DNA from: Plasmodiophora brassicae
Taxonomy: Eukaryota
Assembly (NCBI GenBank): GCA_036867785.1
Contig: CP145409.1
Span: 2,046,001-2,102,640, forward strand
Reading direction: 5' to 3'
Length of the DNA: 56,640 nt
The position numbers were made by a program, and so were the translations under genes. Shown here one piece after another: positions 10,863 to 22,684 of the stretch. Positions within the stretch are counted from its first letter, which is position 1, and each line of letters opens with the position of its first letter. A model generated the notes under the pieces. That model did not search any database. It was not told where the DNA came from and was given only the letters and a program-made list of their open reading frames with translations.

Positions 10863-13164
10863 ATGGGGACGGCCTTGTCTACGCCGGCAGATCCGCCGCC
10901 GCTTTCATCGTTGTTCGCGCACGGCAATGCTGCCGCCGGGAACATCAGCAGTGACCACAGGACAAAGGCGCATCATAACCTTGTGTTAGCTTGGGCCAGC
11001 GGCGGAGCTCCCGTCCATGTCGCTGATCTGGAATCATTCTCCCCGGCCGAGTCCATTATCGTCCTGCGTCTATTCGAAGAGGACCCATCTACACCGTTGC
11101 CAATCTCGCAGGCGGCGAACTCATTGTGGGATTCGGCTCAGTCATCATTGAACCTCGAGCATTTGAACGTGCCACTGAACGTCACCGATCGTGAGATTGG
11201 CATCAACGACGGGAGCCTCATCCTGCAATATCGCGTTCTGGTTTGGTCTGGACGCGCAGCCACGTCAACGGACGTTTCCATCGCCGAAAGGGACGGGTTT
11301 CGTTTGTCGTCGATGCTTGCCGCGGCGGCGCCGTCCACCATCCGAACCATTGAAAGCATATGGCGCGACATTCCAAAGGTGTTCCCGTTCGCCAATTCGG
11401 ATTATTATTCAAGCGCGACGGATATGAACGATAATCTGCTCATTCGCGCCTTGTGTGGGCCGGACGACGCCGACCCCATGTTCGCAACACTGTTGCCACG
11501 TTCATCGTCGATACCGTCGCCATCTGTGCCGAAGAAGACGTTCGCGTTGAACATGGGCCGGGTCGGCCGCGACCTATCGCCGGCGCATACCGCGAGGTCA
11601 TCGGATACGCCTATGACAATGCGGCGATCGTCGGAGCTCAGCGAGGAGCAGCTGAAATTGGCCCAGCTGGAGTACTTTGGGCCGTTATCGTCCGAGATCA
11701 CCCCGAACTTGTTCCTGTCTGGCGACATTGTCGCATCATCATTATCGCACCTGCAAAGCCGGGGCATCACCCATATCGTCAATGCCGCCGCCGATGCATG
11801 CCGCTCGTTCTTCCCCGACCGCTTCACCTACCTGGCCCTGCGCCTGCTCGACAGCAAGCACGAGGACATCATGTGCCGCATATACGACGTCATCGAATTC
11901 ATCGACGCCGCTTTAAGGTCCTCTCCTGATAACAACGTCCTCATCCATTGCCACCGTGGGGTCTCCCGATCCGCCACCCTCGCCATCGCCTACGTCATGG
12001 TCAAACACAAACTCTCCTTCCAGGCTGCGTTCGATCATGTCAAATCCAGGCGCGATATCGTATCGCCCAACATCGGTATATCATGCCTTGATACAATCCC
12101 CCTAGCTCTGACCTGACCTGGACGTACGTAGGATTCACCGTATCGCTGATGCAATGGCATGCACGGATGCATGGGTCGGTAAGCTCGTCTCCGGTCGCGT
12201 ATCGCGTTGTACCGTTCCGACGCGATCCGCTTGTGCTGGTGGCGAAGCTCGTACCTATCGACGGGCCAATTGACAGTCGGGGCGTGTTCCTGTTCCAAGC
12301 CAGCACAGCGGTCTACCTGTGGCGAGGGACGGGTGCACACCCGCGCCTGCATCGATTCGCGGAGCGGGTCGTCATCCCACGCTTGCAGCGCTACGAGATG
12401 GCGCCCGCCCTGGTCATTGACGTGCAGCAGGGCGAAGAACCTCCTGAGTTCCTGGCGATGTTCTCGGCAGATCGCCTGGCGAGAACGGCGCCCAATTTCT
12501 CCGACGGCACCATCGAGCAGTGGACGGAAGACTACCAGGCCGCTATCCATATCATCCCTCGGTTAACGTCGCTGCCGTTGAGTGGTTCGGTGAAGTCTGC
12601 GCCCGCCACCGTTATCGGATGCGCGCAGACCGCTAGACCAGTGGCCGCTCCGGCGCGGCACCTGACCGTTCATATCGGAGATACCCTGAGGGAACACGTA
12701 TGCCGAACGCCACCCTGCGTTTCCTGACCTGGAGTGAACTAACTGGTGTAATGAAGGAACTGGCGCAGGTCATGGTACCCGTTCAACCGTCGGTGGACGG
12801 GGACTCTGACGGCGATGATGAAGAGGACGCTGATGGAAGCACGGCCGATGATGGCGGGGAGCGCGCGCCTGCGCAGATGTACTCCTGGCCGGACATGATG
12901 GAAATTGACGCGTTTGGACCGGAGGATCTGGCTGAACGGGAGAAGGACGTCGTTGTGTTCGTCGACCGGTCGTCGGACGGGAGGTCTGCCAAAATCCACG
13001 TATGGATCGGGGCCGATGTGGAAGCGCCGGAAGCCACACTCGAGGAGTTCGCCAAGCAAGTCGGCCGGGACGTCATTCAGCGTCTGCACCTGGGGGACCT
13101 GGATACGGAAACCATCCTGCAAGAGGCCGATGAGGAAACGGACGACTTCTGGGATATGTTCTGA
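10863..13164 (+). CDS. Dual-specificity (MAP kinase) phosphatase with gelsolin-like domains, MKP1-like
   Basis: Catalytic loop VLIHCHRGVSRSAT. Intron 12076..12131 restores SPNIGF. Gelsolin-like segments DSRGVFLF..VYLWRG..QQGEEPPEFLAMF and KIHVWIG..EETDDFWDMF. N-terminus MGTALS fits the myristoylation consensus. Confidence 0.85.
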
Positions 13165-13645
13165 CGGACGACGTCGCCAGCTGGCCCTGACCTAGAAGCA
13201 ACGGATAACTCTATGGTATTAGAACGTATGATTACGGATGATGGAGGCCAGTCGACCTCTATAAGTAGGAACGTCGAACGAACAATACGGTCCCGATCAC
13301 TGACGGAACGAGGGACTTAGAGATAGGTGCGGCGACGTTCGCCAGTGTTGTAGGCGTGGATACACATTACTTGTCGTCAGGTCGCGCTAAGGCCGAGGTC
13401 AATGCATGCGCGCGATCAGCACCCGTCGCAGGGACGTCACGCCTGCTGTATCGTTCCGTTATTGCTGGAAGTTGGCATGCTCGACGCCAGTGCTGCCAGG
13501 TACGAGCCTGCCATTGCAGTGAGGTGCGTTGTTTGCAGGTAACGAGTTCATCCTCGCACACATGAAATGTTTAGTCATTTGCTCAGGCCCAACGTTGTTG
13601 GACCGGCCGGATTTTCGAGTGCTGGTTGGAAAGGGGACTGGCCAT

Positions 13646-14886
13646 CTAGTTCGCACGCGACGCTCGAATGAATAAGCCAGTGCCAACGGATGAGGCTGCA
13701 ATGACAGCGGATAGAGCCACACTCAAGCAAATTGTTGAAGGGCCAGCTGGAACCAGCTTCAGGTGATCTTGCGGATAGATCAGATAAACTAATGACGACG
13801 TAAATGTCGATCTCGATATGTTAGGCATATACATTAACGACGACTACCTGCAAGCCCGTACAGGGAAAAAGCAATTGCATACGAAAACTGGAACGCGACG
13901 AACCTAATTAAATGCAGAGCGTGTGCGCCCATCAAGACGTGCTCTCGAGTGATCCGCTCAGGTGACGTACGCAGCAAACGTTGGAATAGCAGCGAACACA
14001 ATGTTGCCAAGCATATGGACGGCGGCAGCGGCGACGCAAATGATCCAGCACTTGGAGACAGGTGTTTCCATGGCACGGGACATTGCCAACACCATCCGTC
14101 CAAAGAAGATGACAACCAGGATGTCAATGGTCAGGCCGTGGACTTCGAATACGGTCGCATCTAGAGGCCACGGAAGCACAATCGACAGTATCGCGATCAC
14201 CGCTGTATCGACGAAGACCACTGCAGGTGTGACTCTCCTGACTTCCGTATAAGACGACGAAGTTGGCATATCGTCCATATTGGAGACACTACCAGGGACT
14301 GGGATTCGTCAAAGCAATACATATTGCCAGTTCGGCTTGATTGTGGAAGATGCCGACCGCCGCGAATATCTTACCAGGTTCGAATATTGCGGACACGATT
14401 CTGCAGGAAGTGTGTTTTCAGCTCACCGCTGCTGCAGGTTTCAACTTACACAATAACACGCAACTCACACGGCTGCGAGCGTCATCTGAGGATAACACAC
14501 TATTTAGATGGAGCCAGACGTCAGACGCTAGCCATGTCGCGTACCGCAACGTACGCTGTGATAAGGTTGCCAACTAGCAAGACGTAGTGATTGGCCAGAG
14601 ACAAGCTGGTCGGCTCCTGGCAGTTACTGGCTGTGCTGCTCGTTGCAGTGAAGGGTCGTTTGCTGCGTATGCCGTGCATTGCTAGACCAAGGGCAAGGGC
14701 GACAGCAACTATGTTGAACGCATCACCGGCGTACACAACATGATTGTTCCACCCTACCGATGGCAATTGTGCTTCAGATGGACGAGCTGCAGGAATAATG
14801 ATCAGACACTGACCCGGAAGAACTGTAATCCACGTAGGAAGGCCGAATCCATCAGTCATCTGTGCAGGGACTTGCATGGTGCACAA
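13646..14886 (-). pseudogene. Fragmented multi-pass membrane protein (degenerate or intron-rich gene)
   Basis: Successive minus-strand ORFs (14521..14886, 13958..14278, 13834..14127, 13646..13834) each carry hydrophobic helices. They are broken by stops and frame changes, and no family was recognised. Confidence 0.3.
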
Positions 14887-15303
14887 AATTATGCTGCCAC
14901 GCTCACTACTTGTGACTCAGCTGCCCGATCCAGAACCGTCCTCCGTACCCTAAATCTGCTAGTGCCGACGTCGATATCGAGACGGGGTCCGTTACTGTCA
15001 ATAAGAACATGGCCACGTGGACCACAACGCGCCGTTGGCGTTAGATTCGAGAAGGTTCCTGAACAACGGGAGGGTTGGCCCATATATAAGAAGGTCATTT
15101 CGCGTTCTCAAACTAAACACTTGCAAAGATGTATTGGCGACTTTCGTCCGAAACGCAATGGGGAAAGGGGGGGCTATTTCTGGTATAAGGCACACATGTA
15201 CAGCTGCTAACGCAGGCCGCGGCGCACTTGGAAATTTGGTCCCGCATTGAGTTGTTGTTCTGCACGAACAGACAGAGCATTGCCGAATCACGCCAGAGTC
15301 GAA

Positions 15304-16617
15304 ATGGCTACCGACAACCGCATCCGCCTTGGGACGGTACTGCTGTCGTATACCCCACTTGTAGCGCTTTTCGGTGCCGTTATAGATGCGGTTACGCTTC
15401 GCTCTTGCGATGGAGTCGACTACATCGTGAACACGACGTCGGCGATCGCGCACAGCGAGGTCCTAAGAAATCTGTGCGACGACCTCAACCTTCACCAATG
15501 TGACGATGCCGTGTGCGTGCCATTACCGGCTATCACCAGCACCGAATTGCAGCTGATTGCTGAATTCATCAACCGTTTCGCAGTGCATGAGGTATACTCA
15601 TCGAGCTTTCGCTGTGCCGACGTTAGGGAGATTTCTGATATTCCCCTGCAACAGAACTGTAGTGCCGCGGAATTTGTTAGGAACAAGCTCGAAGCCATGG
15701 GGATTGAAACCCAATGTCAAATGGTGGTAGCCGCCCACTACCTGCAGGTGGAATTGCTGCTGGGCGCAGTGGCATCTACGAAGCGCAGGTGGAGCGATTT
15801 CGCGGCAATGCGGCTCGATCTTCCCAGCGACGCCCTCTGGTTCATTGTGAACAATGCTCCAGGCATGGTACGGCTTCGCGAGGCCGCTGGGACGGACGAC
15901 CAAAGGGGCGCCTTGTATAGGCTGATTCGCGACCTGCTCGTAACCGGGCAATCGGCTCTCATCAGTGACACGCTTTGGGGTTGCCTGGACAACTTACTGC
16001 TTTGGGCTGCACGTCATGGAGAGGAATCGGTTGTCGAGTTCCTTCTGAGTGGCCCAGTCGACGTCAATGCGCGCAGCGCTGAGCTGGAGACGGCTCTGCA
16101 CCTGGCAACCACTAACGACCACGTCGCGGTTGTCGCCTTATTGCTGAAAGCGCCCGGAATCGATGTCAACCCCCGTGGCTTTATGCGGCGGACGCCTCTG
16201 CACAGTGCGGCCATCTGGAGACGCTCGTCCATACTCGATTTGCTTCTGGCCGCTCCCGGGATCGATGTCAACGCTCGAGATCAAGCGGCGCAGACGCCGC
16301 TCCATTTGGTGGCAGGCAGTCGACGAGTTCAACTCGTGAGGCGGTTGGTGGACTTCCCGGGGATCGACCTGTATGCCGAAGACGATAGGGGGCGGACCGC
16401 GTTGGCCTGCGCTAGGAAGCTTCGCGACCCAGATGCCGTGTCCCTGCTTGTTTCCCACATGCGGACTGCCAATATTACTACTCCCCGAAGCGGACCTCAC
16501 CCCGTCGCAAGCGGCACGCTGATGAAGGCGCTCATAGGGTGGCTCAAGAAGCGGCTCTCAAAGTCGGTAGGGAGCAACCAGTGTTCGCCATTCAGTCCTG
16601 CCAGCTGCATGTTCTGA
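15304..16617 (+). CDS. Putative secreted Skp1/BTB-like + ankyrin-repeat protein
   Basis: Hydrophobic N-terminus, then Skp1/POZ-like VTLRSCDG..SEVLRNL..VPLPAITSTELQLIAEF..AAHYLQV. About 5 ankyrin repeats follow (ETALHLA, RTPLHSA, QTPLHLV, GIDVNARD). Confidence 0.85.
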   Translation: MATDNRIRLGTVLLSYTPLVALFGAVIDAVTLRSCDGVDYIVNTTSAIAHSEVLRNLCDDLNLHQCDDAVCVPLPAITSTELQLIAEFINRFAVHEVYSSSFRCADVREISDIPLQQNCSAAEFVRNKLEAMGIETQCQMVVAAHYLQVELLLGAVASTKRRWSDFAAMRLDLPSDALWFIVNNAPGMVRLREAAGTDDQRGALYRLIRDLLVTGQSALISDTLWGCLDNLLLWAARHGEESVVEFLLSGPVDVNARSAELETALHLATTNDHVAVVALLLKAPGIDVNPRGFMRRTPLHSAAIWRRSSILDLLLAAPGIDVNARDQAAQTPLHLVAGSRRVQLVRRLVDFPGIDLYAEDDRGRTALACARKLRDPDAVSLLVSHMRTANITTPRSGPHPVASGTLMKALIGWLKKRLSKSVGSNQCSPFSPASCMF

Positions 16618-16706
16618 TGCTCATTTCCATGGTTCATTCACAATGTCTTAAAGGCTCGAATAAACATGTACTCCCATCCTTTGCGGGCGAACAAACGCGG
16701 CCAGTG

Positions 16707-19334
16707 TCATGCGGTAGTATCAGTGATCGTACTGTCCGAATCAGTGGAAATCGCATATGTCGTGGCTCCCTGGTTGGCTTCTCCGCGGCGAAACATTCCA
16801 CTGCGCTGATCGACTGTTGCAGGGCTCGTGAAGGGCGGCGCTTGCCGCTTGGTGAGCTGGCTCAAGGGCATGGGCGTTCTAAAGGGTTGTTCAATGGATG
16901 GGAGGTTCGAAACGGGATTGCTGATGCACCCGTCGAGTGGGACAGCTCTTGTGGACAACCCGAGGTTCAGTCCAGGTGCCGTAATGCCATGATAACGCAT
17001 AGTGAAGTACGCAATGCAAGTACACAGGGCCAGGACAAGAACCACGAAGAGGGTCGCTGCTATAAGCACAATCGTTTCGTTCGACGGTGTCCAAAGGTTC
17101 GAATTCGATCGCAATGATGCGGATTTTGAAGGGTTGATCGTCAAAAGCGGTGGGCCCGTTCCCGATACCGGTATGTAGTTGATCTTGGATGGTGGTGCCC
17201 TCCCCAATGACGTCCGCATGGTACCGACAGATGTCTTCGAACTCGTTATTGATGACGCCATTCCTGGCGTCGGATGGCTACTCGAAGCAACCCGTTTGAC
17301 GCCAGGCAGCCCAGATTGCTTACGAAGAGATGTGGGAAGTGGGTGAAGACGACCCGACCGAACGTTCCTGGCTGTCGAGGATATCCGTCGTAACTTTGGA
17401 CGCAGAACGCTGGTTGATAACGACCTCCCAGGAACGGAGCAGACAGCCAGGACGCTGAGGTGTTTCATCTGACCTGGGAATGGGTCACCAAACAGCGTCG
17501 GCGTCGCTGTCACGTTGCAGGACGCTCTTTTCAGGCATGCAGCACTGACGATGGCGCTGCTGTTTACGGCATGGTACGCTCCTAAAGCGAATGTCGGAAA
17601 CATACCGGAAGGCAGACCGTAGGAAGCAAACGTAATCGCAGAGATAACGGTAACGTTCTCCGCCATTGAGCAGCGTAACATCAGAGTGTACCCGTCGAAG
17701 ACAGTGCCGCCAATGACATCGGGTCCGATTGCTTGCTTCACGGGTGTCGTGTCCAGCATAAGCTGACGCAGGGCTGTCGTCGACTGGACAGAAGACCAGA
17801 AACGAATATCGGCGACAGCTCCCATAAAGACGGACGACGTGGGACTCGACGGACGTGCAGAGAGCCAGACCTTCTGAGTAGATGGCGACAGTGAAATGGC
17901 GCTCGACATGGGTGTCACCTGCTGGAAAAGAGTGTCTTTGGAAAGGCTATACGTCAAAGTTACCCCCGAGCCCGAAGACACGGATACGGCTACGAATACC
18001 CAGGCTCCTAGCGATATCGTCTGTGACGATGTGATGGAGCTCAAGGACCCGTCCACAGCAGCAGCACAGGCGTAAAGAGAACTGGGTGGCTGAAACTGCA
18101 GGCATGGTGCCCGAACCGAGACAGCGTCACCGGCAGGGGCCTCCACGACCATAATGGACCCCCTGGCCTGCTGCATTCGGCTTACCGGGTCGACATACAC
18201 CCACATGGTGTAGGTGAAACCTAGAGCGGATTGCGCGATTGGCGTCAGCGATGGCGTTGGTGATAGGACCTGCCCCATGAACGGGTACATGACACCTGTC
18301 GTGTAAATGTACCCGTTGAGCGGTTCTGCAAATGCCGACTTATTCGTGCAGACAGCCGACGCGCTCAGGCGCTTAAGGTTGCCAGGGAATGGATCGCCAA
18401 ACACTGAGGACGCTGCTTGTACCTGGCAGGTAGCGGAGCCGAAACATTGGCCTTGAACGATGGCGGTGCTGTTCGACGAGTGCTGAACTCCGATCGAGAA
18501 GTCTGGGAACAAACCCATCGGCGTGCCGTACGACGCGAACGGAATTGAGGTGATGACACTGCCCTGTGGACATTGCAGAGTGATGGCGTATCCATCGAAA
18601 GCCGTGCCGCCGACAGTTCCAGGTGACGGCGACGATGTCGGTGGAGTGGTTGATGCGCGTAATTCGTTTAGCGCCGGTGCCGATAGGAATGCCGGCCAGA
18701 AGCGTAAGTCGCGGAACGCACCAAGAAATTGTACAAAGGCACCGTTGGCGATGCCCCAGACCTGTTGCGTTCCAGGCTTCAGATACACGTCATAGGTCAT
18801 CGCTAGGCTCTGCTGAAACAGATCTCCTGATGGAAGGCTGAACGACAGCGTCAGGTTGCGCAACGGGCCGCTGGATATCGACACAGCCATGAACACCCAC
18901 GTGTCGATCGCCAGCGGCTGCACCGACGTCATCGTCGTCCAGTAATTCGGAAGCGTCGATGACGTCTGACAGTACGCTTTGACTAGCCGATTCGTCTGAA
19001 ACTGGACGCCTGGAGCCCGCACATGCAAAGTCGAATCCGTGGGTTCCCGAACCAGCAGCATAAACGCGACATCGGAGTACGTCAGCGAGTCGTGGTGAAC
19101 ATTCACCCACCAGGTATACGTGAAATCCAGCGTCGTGTTCGCGAACGCCGACAGCGGCGGTGTCGGACGTAGTGCGTTGTTGAGAATCGGGAACGTCGTG
19201 TTAGCCGCATAGACGTACCCGTTCAGTGGTTCAACGCCGACCGCGACGTTAATGCTCGTCAGCAACGCAATCAGTGCGGATGCAATCGCCGCCTGACAGA
19301 AAGCGAGGCCAGGACGCCGGTCGGCATTAACCAT
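16707..19334 (-). CDS. Type I membrane lectin: 2x [LamG/concanavalin-like + SUEL galactose-binding lectin], Ser/Thr stalk, TM helix
   Basis: Signal peptide, duplicated EPLNGY..FTYTxWV..WVFxAVS and duplicated LQC..ITSIPFASYG..C..FGDPFPG..KxLSxxAVC (SUEL signature). TM segment IVLIAATLFVVLVLALCTCIAYF. Confidence 0.8.
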   Translation of the reverse strand: MVNADRRPGLAFCQAAIASALIALLTSINVAVGVEPLNGYVYAANTTFPILNNALRPTPPLSAFANTTLDFTYTWWVNVHHDSLTYSDVAFMLLVREPTDSTLHVRAPGVQFQTNRLVKAYCQTSSTLPNYWTTMTSVQPLAIDTWVFMAVSISSGPLRNLTLSFSLPSGDLFQQSLAMTYDVYLKPGTQQVWGIANGAFVQFLGAFRDLRFWPAFLSAPALNELRASTTPPTSSPSPGTVGGTAFDGYAITLQCPQGSVITSIPFASYGTPMGLFPDFSIGVQHSSNSTAIVQGQCFGSATCQVQAASSVFGDPFPGNLKRLSASAVCTNKSAFAEPLNGYIYTTGVMYPFMGQVLSPTPSLTPIAQSALGFTYTMWVYVDPVSRMQQARGSIMVVEAPAGDAVSVRAPCLQFQPPSSLYACAAAVDGSLSSITSSQTISLGAWVFVAVSVSSGSGVTLTYSLSKDTLFQQVTPMSSAISLSPSTQKVWLSARPSSPTSSVFMGAVADIRFWSSVQSTTALRQLMLDTTPVKQAIGPDVIGGTVFDGYTLMLRCSMAENVTVISAITFASYGLPSGMFPTFALGAYHAVNSSAIVSAACLKRASCNVTATPTLFGDPFPGQMKHLSVLAVCSVPGRSLSTSVLRPKLRRISSTARNVRSGRLHPLPTSLRKQSGLPGVKRVASSSHPTPGMASSITSSKTSVGTMRTSLGRAPPSKINYIPVSGTGPPLLTINPSKSASLRSNSNLWTPSNETIVLIAATLFVVLVLALCTCIAYFTMRYHGITAPGLNLGLSTRAVPLDGCISNPVSNLPSIEQPFRTPMPLSQLTKRQAPPFTSPATVDQRSGMFRRGEANQGATTYAISTDSDSTITDTTA

Positions 19335-20004
19335 TGCGGACAGTCCGTTTAGTTGTCGTGGCGATCAGGGTACCTTGACTCGGGGCACTTCGTTAACGCT
19401 TTGCTCTCTTTGTTGTAGACTGATATAGGGACTGGGCTTTCAGGCGCTCTGGTTGGGGTGACCGATGACCTGCATTCTGACGAACGTGTCGAGCAGCTCA
19501 GTTTCCGGCTCGGGTGAATTGGGACCAGGTAATGAGGCCATTTTCGAACGGCTCTGATTCAAGAGTGCCAGTGCCCATGACACTGCGAATGTCCCGCCGT
19601 CGAGGTCTTTGCTTCCGGACTGATCCGGTTGCAAACCCGGAGTCCGAGGAGCGGCCCCAGTCACCACCGGTTGCCTTCATGCTGCGGGTGCTGCGGAATG
19701 GGTGCTGGCGTGCAGCGCTGTGGAAGACGGTACCGCGTCGATCTGCAGTCCAACATCTGTACATCGCCAACGTAGGGGAGATCGGCATGGCTGGTTTTCT
19801 GGTTTTAAGCATCTGTGGCAGCTTCGCTCCTGCCACACGTCGCCTCGGGCGCCCATGTCCGACACGGTAGCGATCATTCGTCATACGTGACTATTGGTAC
19901 TCCAGTGTTTGACTCACGAAAATCAGCATGCAGGACGTTGGAGCCACCATGCCACTCCGGCAGGGCGTGTAATTGCTGAGGACGTTCGAATCCTGTGGAG
20001 GAGC

Positions 20005-20394
20005 ATGAAGAAGTTGACGGACCAGGTGAACGCGTTGCGAAGTGACCTGCTAGCATTGATGCGTGATATCGATGCTGAGTACGCTGACAGCGACGAGGAG
20101 CGCATCATGAGGCTCGATGAGCTGCGCCTGCAGACCGAAGAGCAGATACGGTACTGTGACGACGCCCTGTCCCAGTGCGGCCAGGATCTGAAAGAACTGA
20201 CGCGACGCCGTCGGCTGATGATGGAGGGGCTTCGTTTGCTACGCGACGACGAAGTGGAGCCGCTGCGGGATCATCTACAGGCGCAACGAAACGCCCGGCA
20301 GGAAGTTTTTCAAGTCGACCTCCTGCCTCTGCGGCACAGGGTGTTTTCGATTCGCAACCAGCTCAACGACGTCAGGCTGCTGCCAGAACGGTGA
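20005..20394 (+). CDS. Small coiled-coil hypothetical protein
   Basis: ORF with heptad-like L/E/R/D-rich helical composition. No family recognised. Confidence 0.4.
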   Translation: MKKLTDQVNALRSDLLALMRDIDAEYADSDEERIMRLDELRLQTEEQIRYCDDALSQCGQDLKELTRRRRLMMEGLRLLRDDEVEPLRDHLQAQRNARQEVFQVDLLPLRHRVFSIRNQLNDVRLLPER

Positions 20395-20650
20395 TCCATG
20401 TTTGGCGGTTTGTGCACAATATGACATACAGCGTTGGACACATGCCCGAAGAATCGGTTTTGATGGCGCCATCCGAAATCTTCTGGAGGCATTCGGCCAG
20501 CCAATTCCAGAGCCTTACGTCTTCGGGACGGCGTCGAATATTCTAGAAAGCGTGCTGTGATGTATCATGCGAGCGCTGGGAATTGCGGACCACTACACCA
20601 ATCGGTTTGTGGGAGACACGACTCCAACGATATCGACCTGCTCCGACGTC

Positions 20651-22531
20651 ATGATGCCGTTTGTTGCCGTTGTATGGACGGTCGTATCACTCGGTATTGG
20701 CCATTCCCTGCCGCTCCCTGTTAATCAAGCCGCTGCATCACACTGCACGTTCGTCTCGATCGGGAGGGCCCCTGCAGTCAGATCTGCCGTTCTTAGGTCA
20801 CTGTTTCCAGGTTGAGTCGCGTGGCACCTGATCCGTCCGTGATGAAGCAGCTCGTGTTCGCGATCAAGAACCGCTCTGTGAAAGACCTCGAAACGATGCT
20901 GGAAGCCGTGTCCGATCCGGGGTCGCCCTCGTACGGCCGATACATCTCCCTGTCGGAGTTGGGCAACATGACGTACAACGCGGAAGCGTATGACGCCGTG
21001 ATGGGCTGGCTCACCGACCAGAACGTCACCGACATTAAGGAGACGGTCAACCGCGATTTCGTCACAGTCAACGTACCGGTCGGGGCCGCTGCGGAAATGC
21101 TCGGGACGGCGTTCCACACGACCATCTGCCCAAATGGCCGGTTCGTCACCGCGCCGAACTTCACCATGCCGCAGGCTCTTGAAGAGTATGTGGACTTCAT
21201 CGGCGGTACGTGGCATCGCGCGTCCTGGCAGAAGCACGTGCAGGTGCACCCGAACGCGGCGAACGGTCCCGTCTTGAACGGATCCGTGACGCCCGCTCTT
21301 CTGAACAGCTTCTACAAGATCGTCAGCAACGGTGCCCAGGGGACGAGCGGCTCCCTGTTCGAAGCTCTCGGGCAGAGCTACAGCCCCGCCGACCTGACCC
21401 GGTTCCAGACGACGTTCAACCTGACGCCCCAGGGCATCAACACCGTCATCGGTCCCAACAACCCCAACGCGTGCGTCGCTGACCCGAACGCGTGTGGCGA
21501 GGCCAACCTCGACGTACAGTTCTTCATGGCCGTCGCCCAGCAGACCGACACGACGTTCTGGTCGATTGATGCCAACGCCCCGGACCCGTTCCTGTCCTGG
21601 GTCATCGCCGTCGCCAACGATGCCAACCCGCCGCTGGTGCACTCGATATCGTACGGCGGAGCGGAGCAGGGCGAACCGAACGGCGCCCGATTCAACCAGG
21701 AGCTCATGAAGCTGGGTCTTCGCGGGGTCACTGTCGTCGTCAGCAGCGGCGACGACGGCGCCCATTCTCCCGCCCTGCGACAAAACCCGGCCCAGTGCGG
21801 TCTGGTGGCGTCGTTCCCGGCGTCCTCGCCTTACGTCGTGGCGGTAATGCTCGCCTGTCACCTGCGACATATCGTACCGCTGACTGCAGGTCTTGCTTAC
21901 CCATATTGTAGGTGGGTGCCACTCAGGGGCCGGAATCGGGACAGGCGGAAGTGTCGTGCTCGAGCCAGACGGGAGGTATCATCACATCCGGCGGCGGGTT
22001 CAGCACGCTGTTCGCCCAGCCCAGCTACCAGAAGCAGGCCGTACAGGCGTTCCTGAACAAGGTGCCGGCTGCTGCCCAGAGTCCTGTCGCCAGCGGCCGC
22101 GCGTACCCGTACGTGTGTGTTGGCACCGGCGAGGGCCTCCGTGCGCTGATCAGCCGTCGATCTCCAGGGACGTATCGCTGATGGGGTTCAACTACGTCAT
22201 CGTCGATGGCGCCCAAGCCCTACAGGTGTCGGGGACCAGCGCGTCCGCTCCCGTGTTCGCCGGCATGCTGGCGCTGGTGAACGCGCGGCGCGCCCAGGCC
22301 GGTAAACCTCCGGTCGGGTTCGTCAACCCGCTGCTGTACAGCCTGCAGGCGACGACGCAGGCCCGCGTCTACAACGACATCGCCCAAGGCAGCAACAACT
22401 GTGCCGCGGGCGTCGCCCCGAACATCAACTGCTGCACGTCGGGGTACACGGCGACCACCGGATGGGATCCCGTCACCGGCCTCGGGTCCGTCAACTTCGA
22501 CGCCTTCCTCGCCGCCGCCGCCAACGCCTAG
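20651..22531 (+). CDS. Secreted S53 sedolisin / tripeptidyl-peptidase I-like protease, multi-exon
   Basis: Signal peptide and pro-domain VSDPGSPSYGRY. Catalytic motifs GEANLDVQ, SISYG, SSGDDG, VSGTSASAP, and Ca-site GWDPVTGLG. Confidence 0.9.
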
Positions 22532-22684
22532 GCAGGTAGGCGGTCCACACATGGGGAATACACACACGTCGTCATATGGGGCCATCATCGTGTTGTGCAG
22601 GCTGCCGCGGAGGTGACCTCGCGGCGCCGCGCTGATCCGTCCGTCCGATCGGCCGCAATCGGCGTCCCCACCCGGAGTCGTCGC

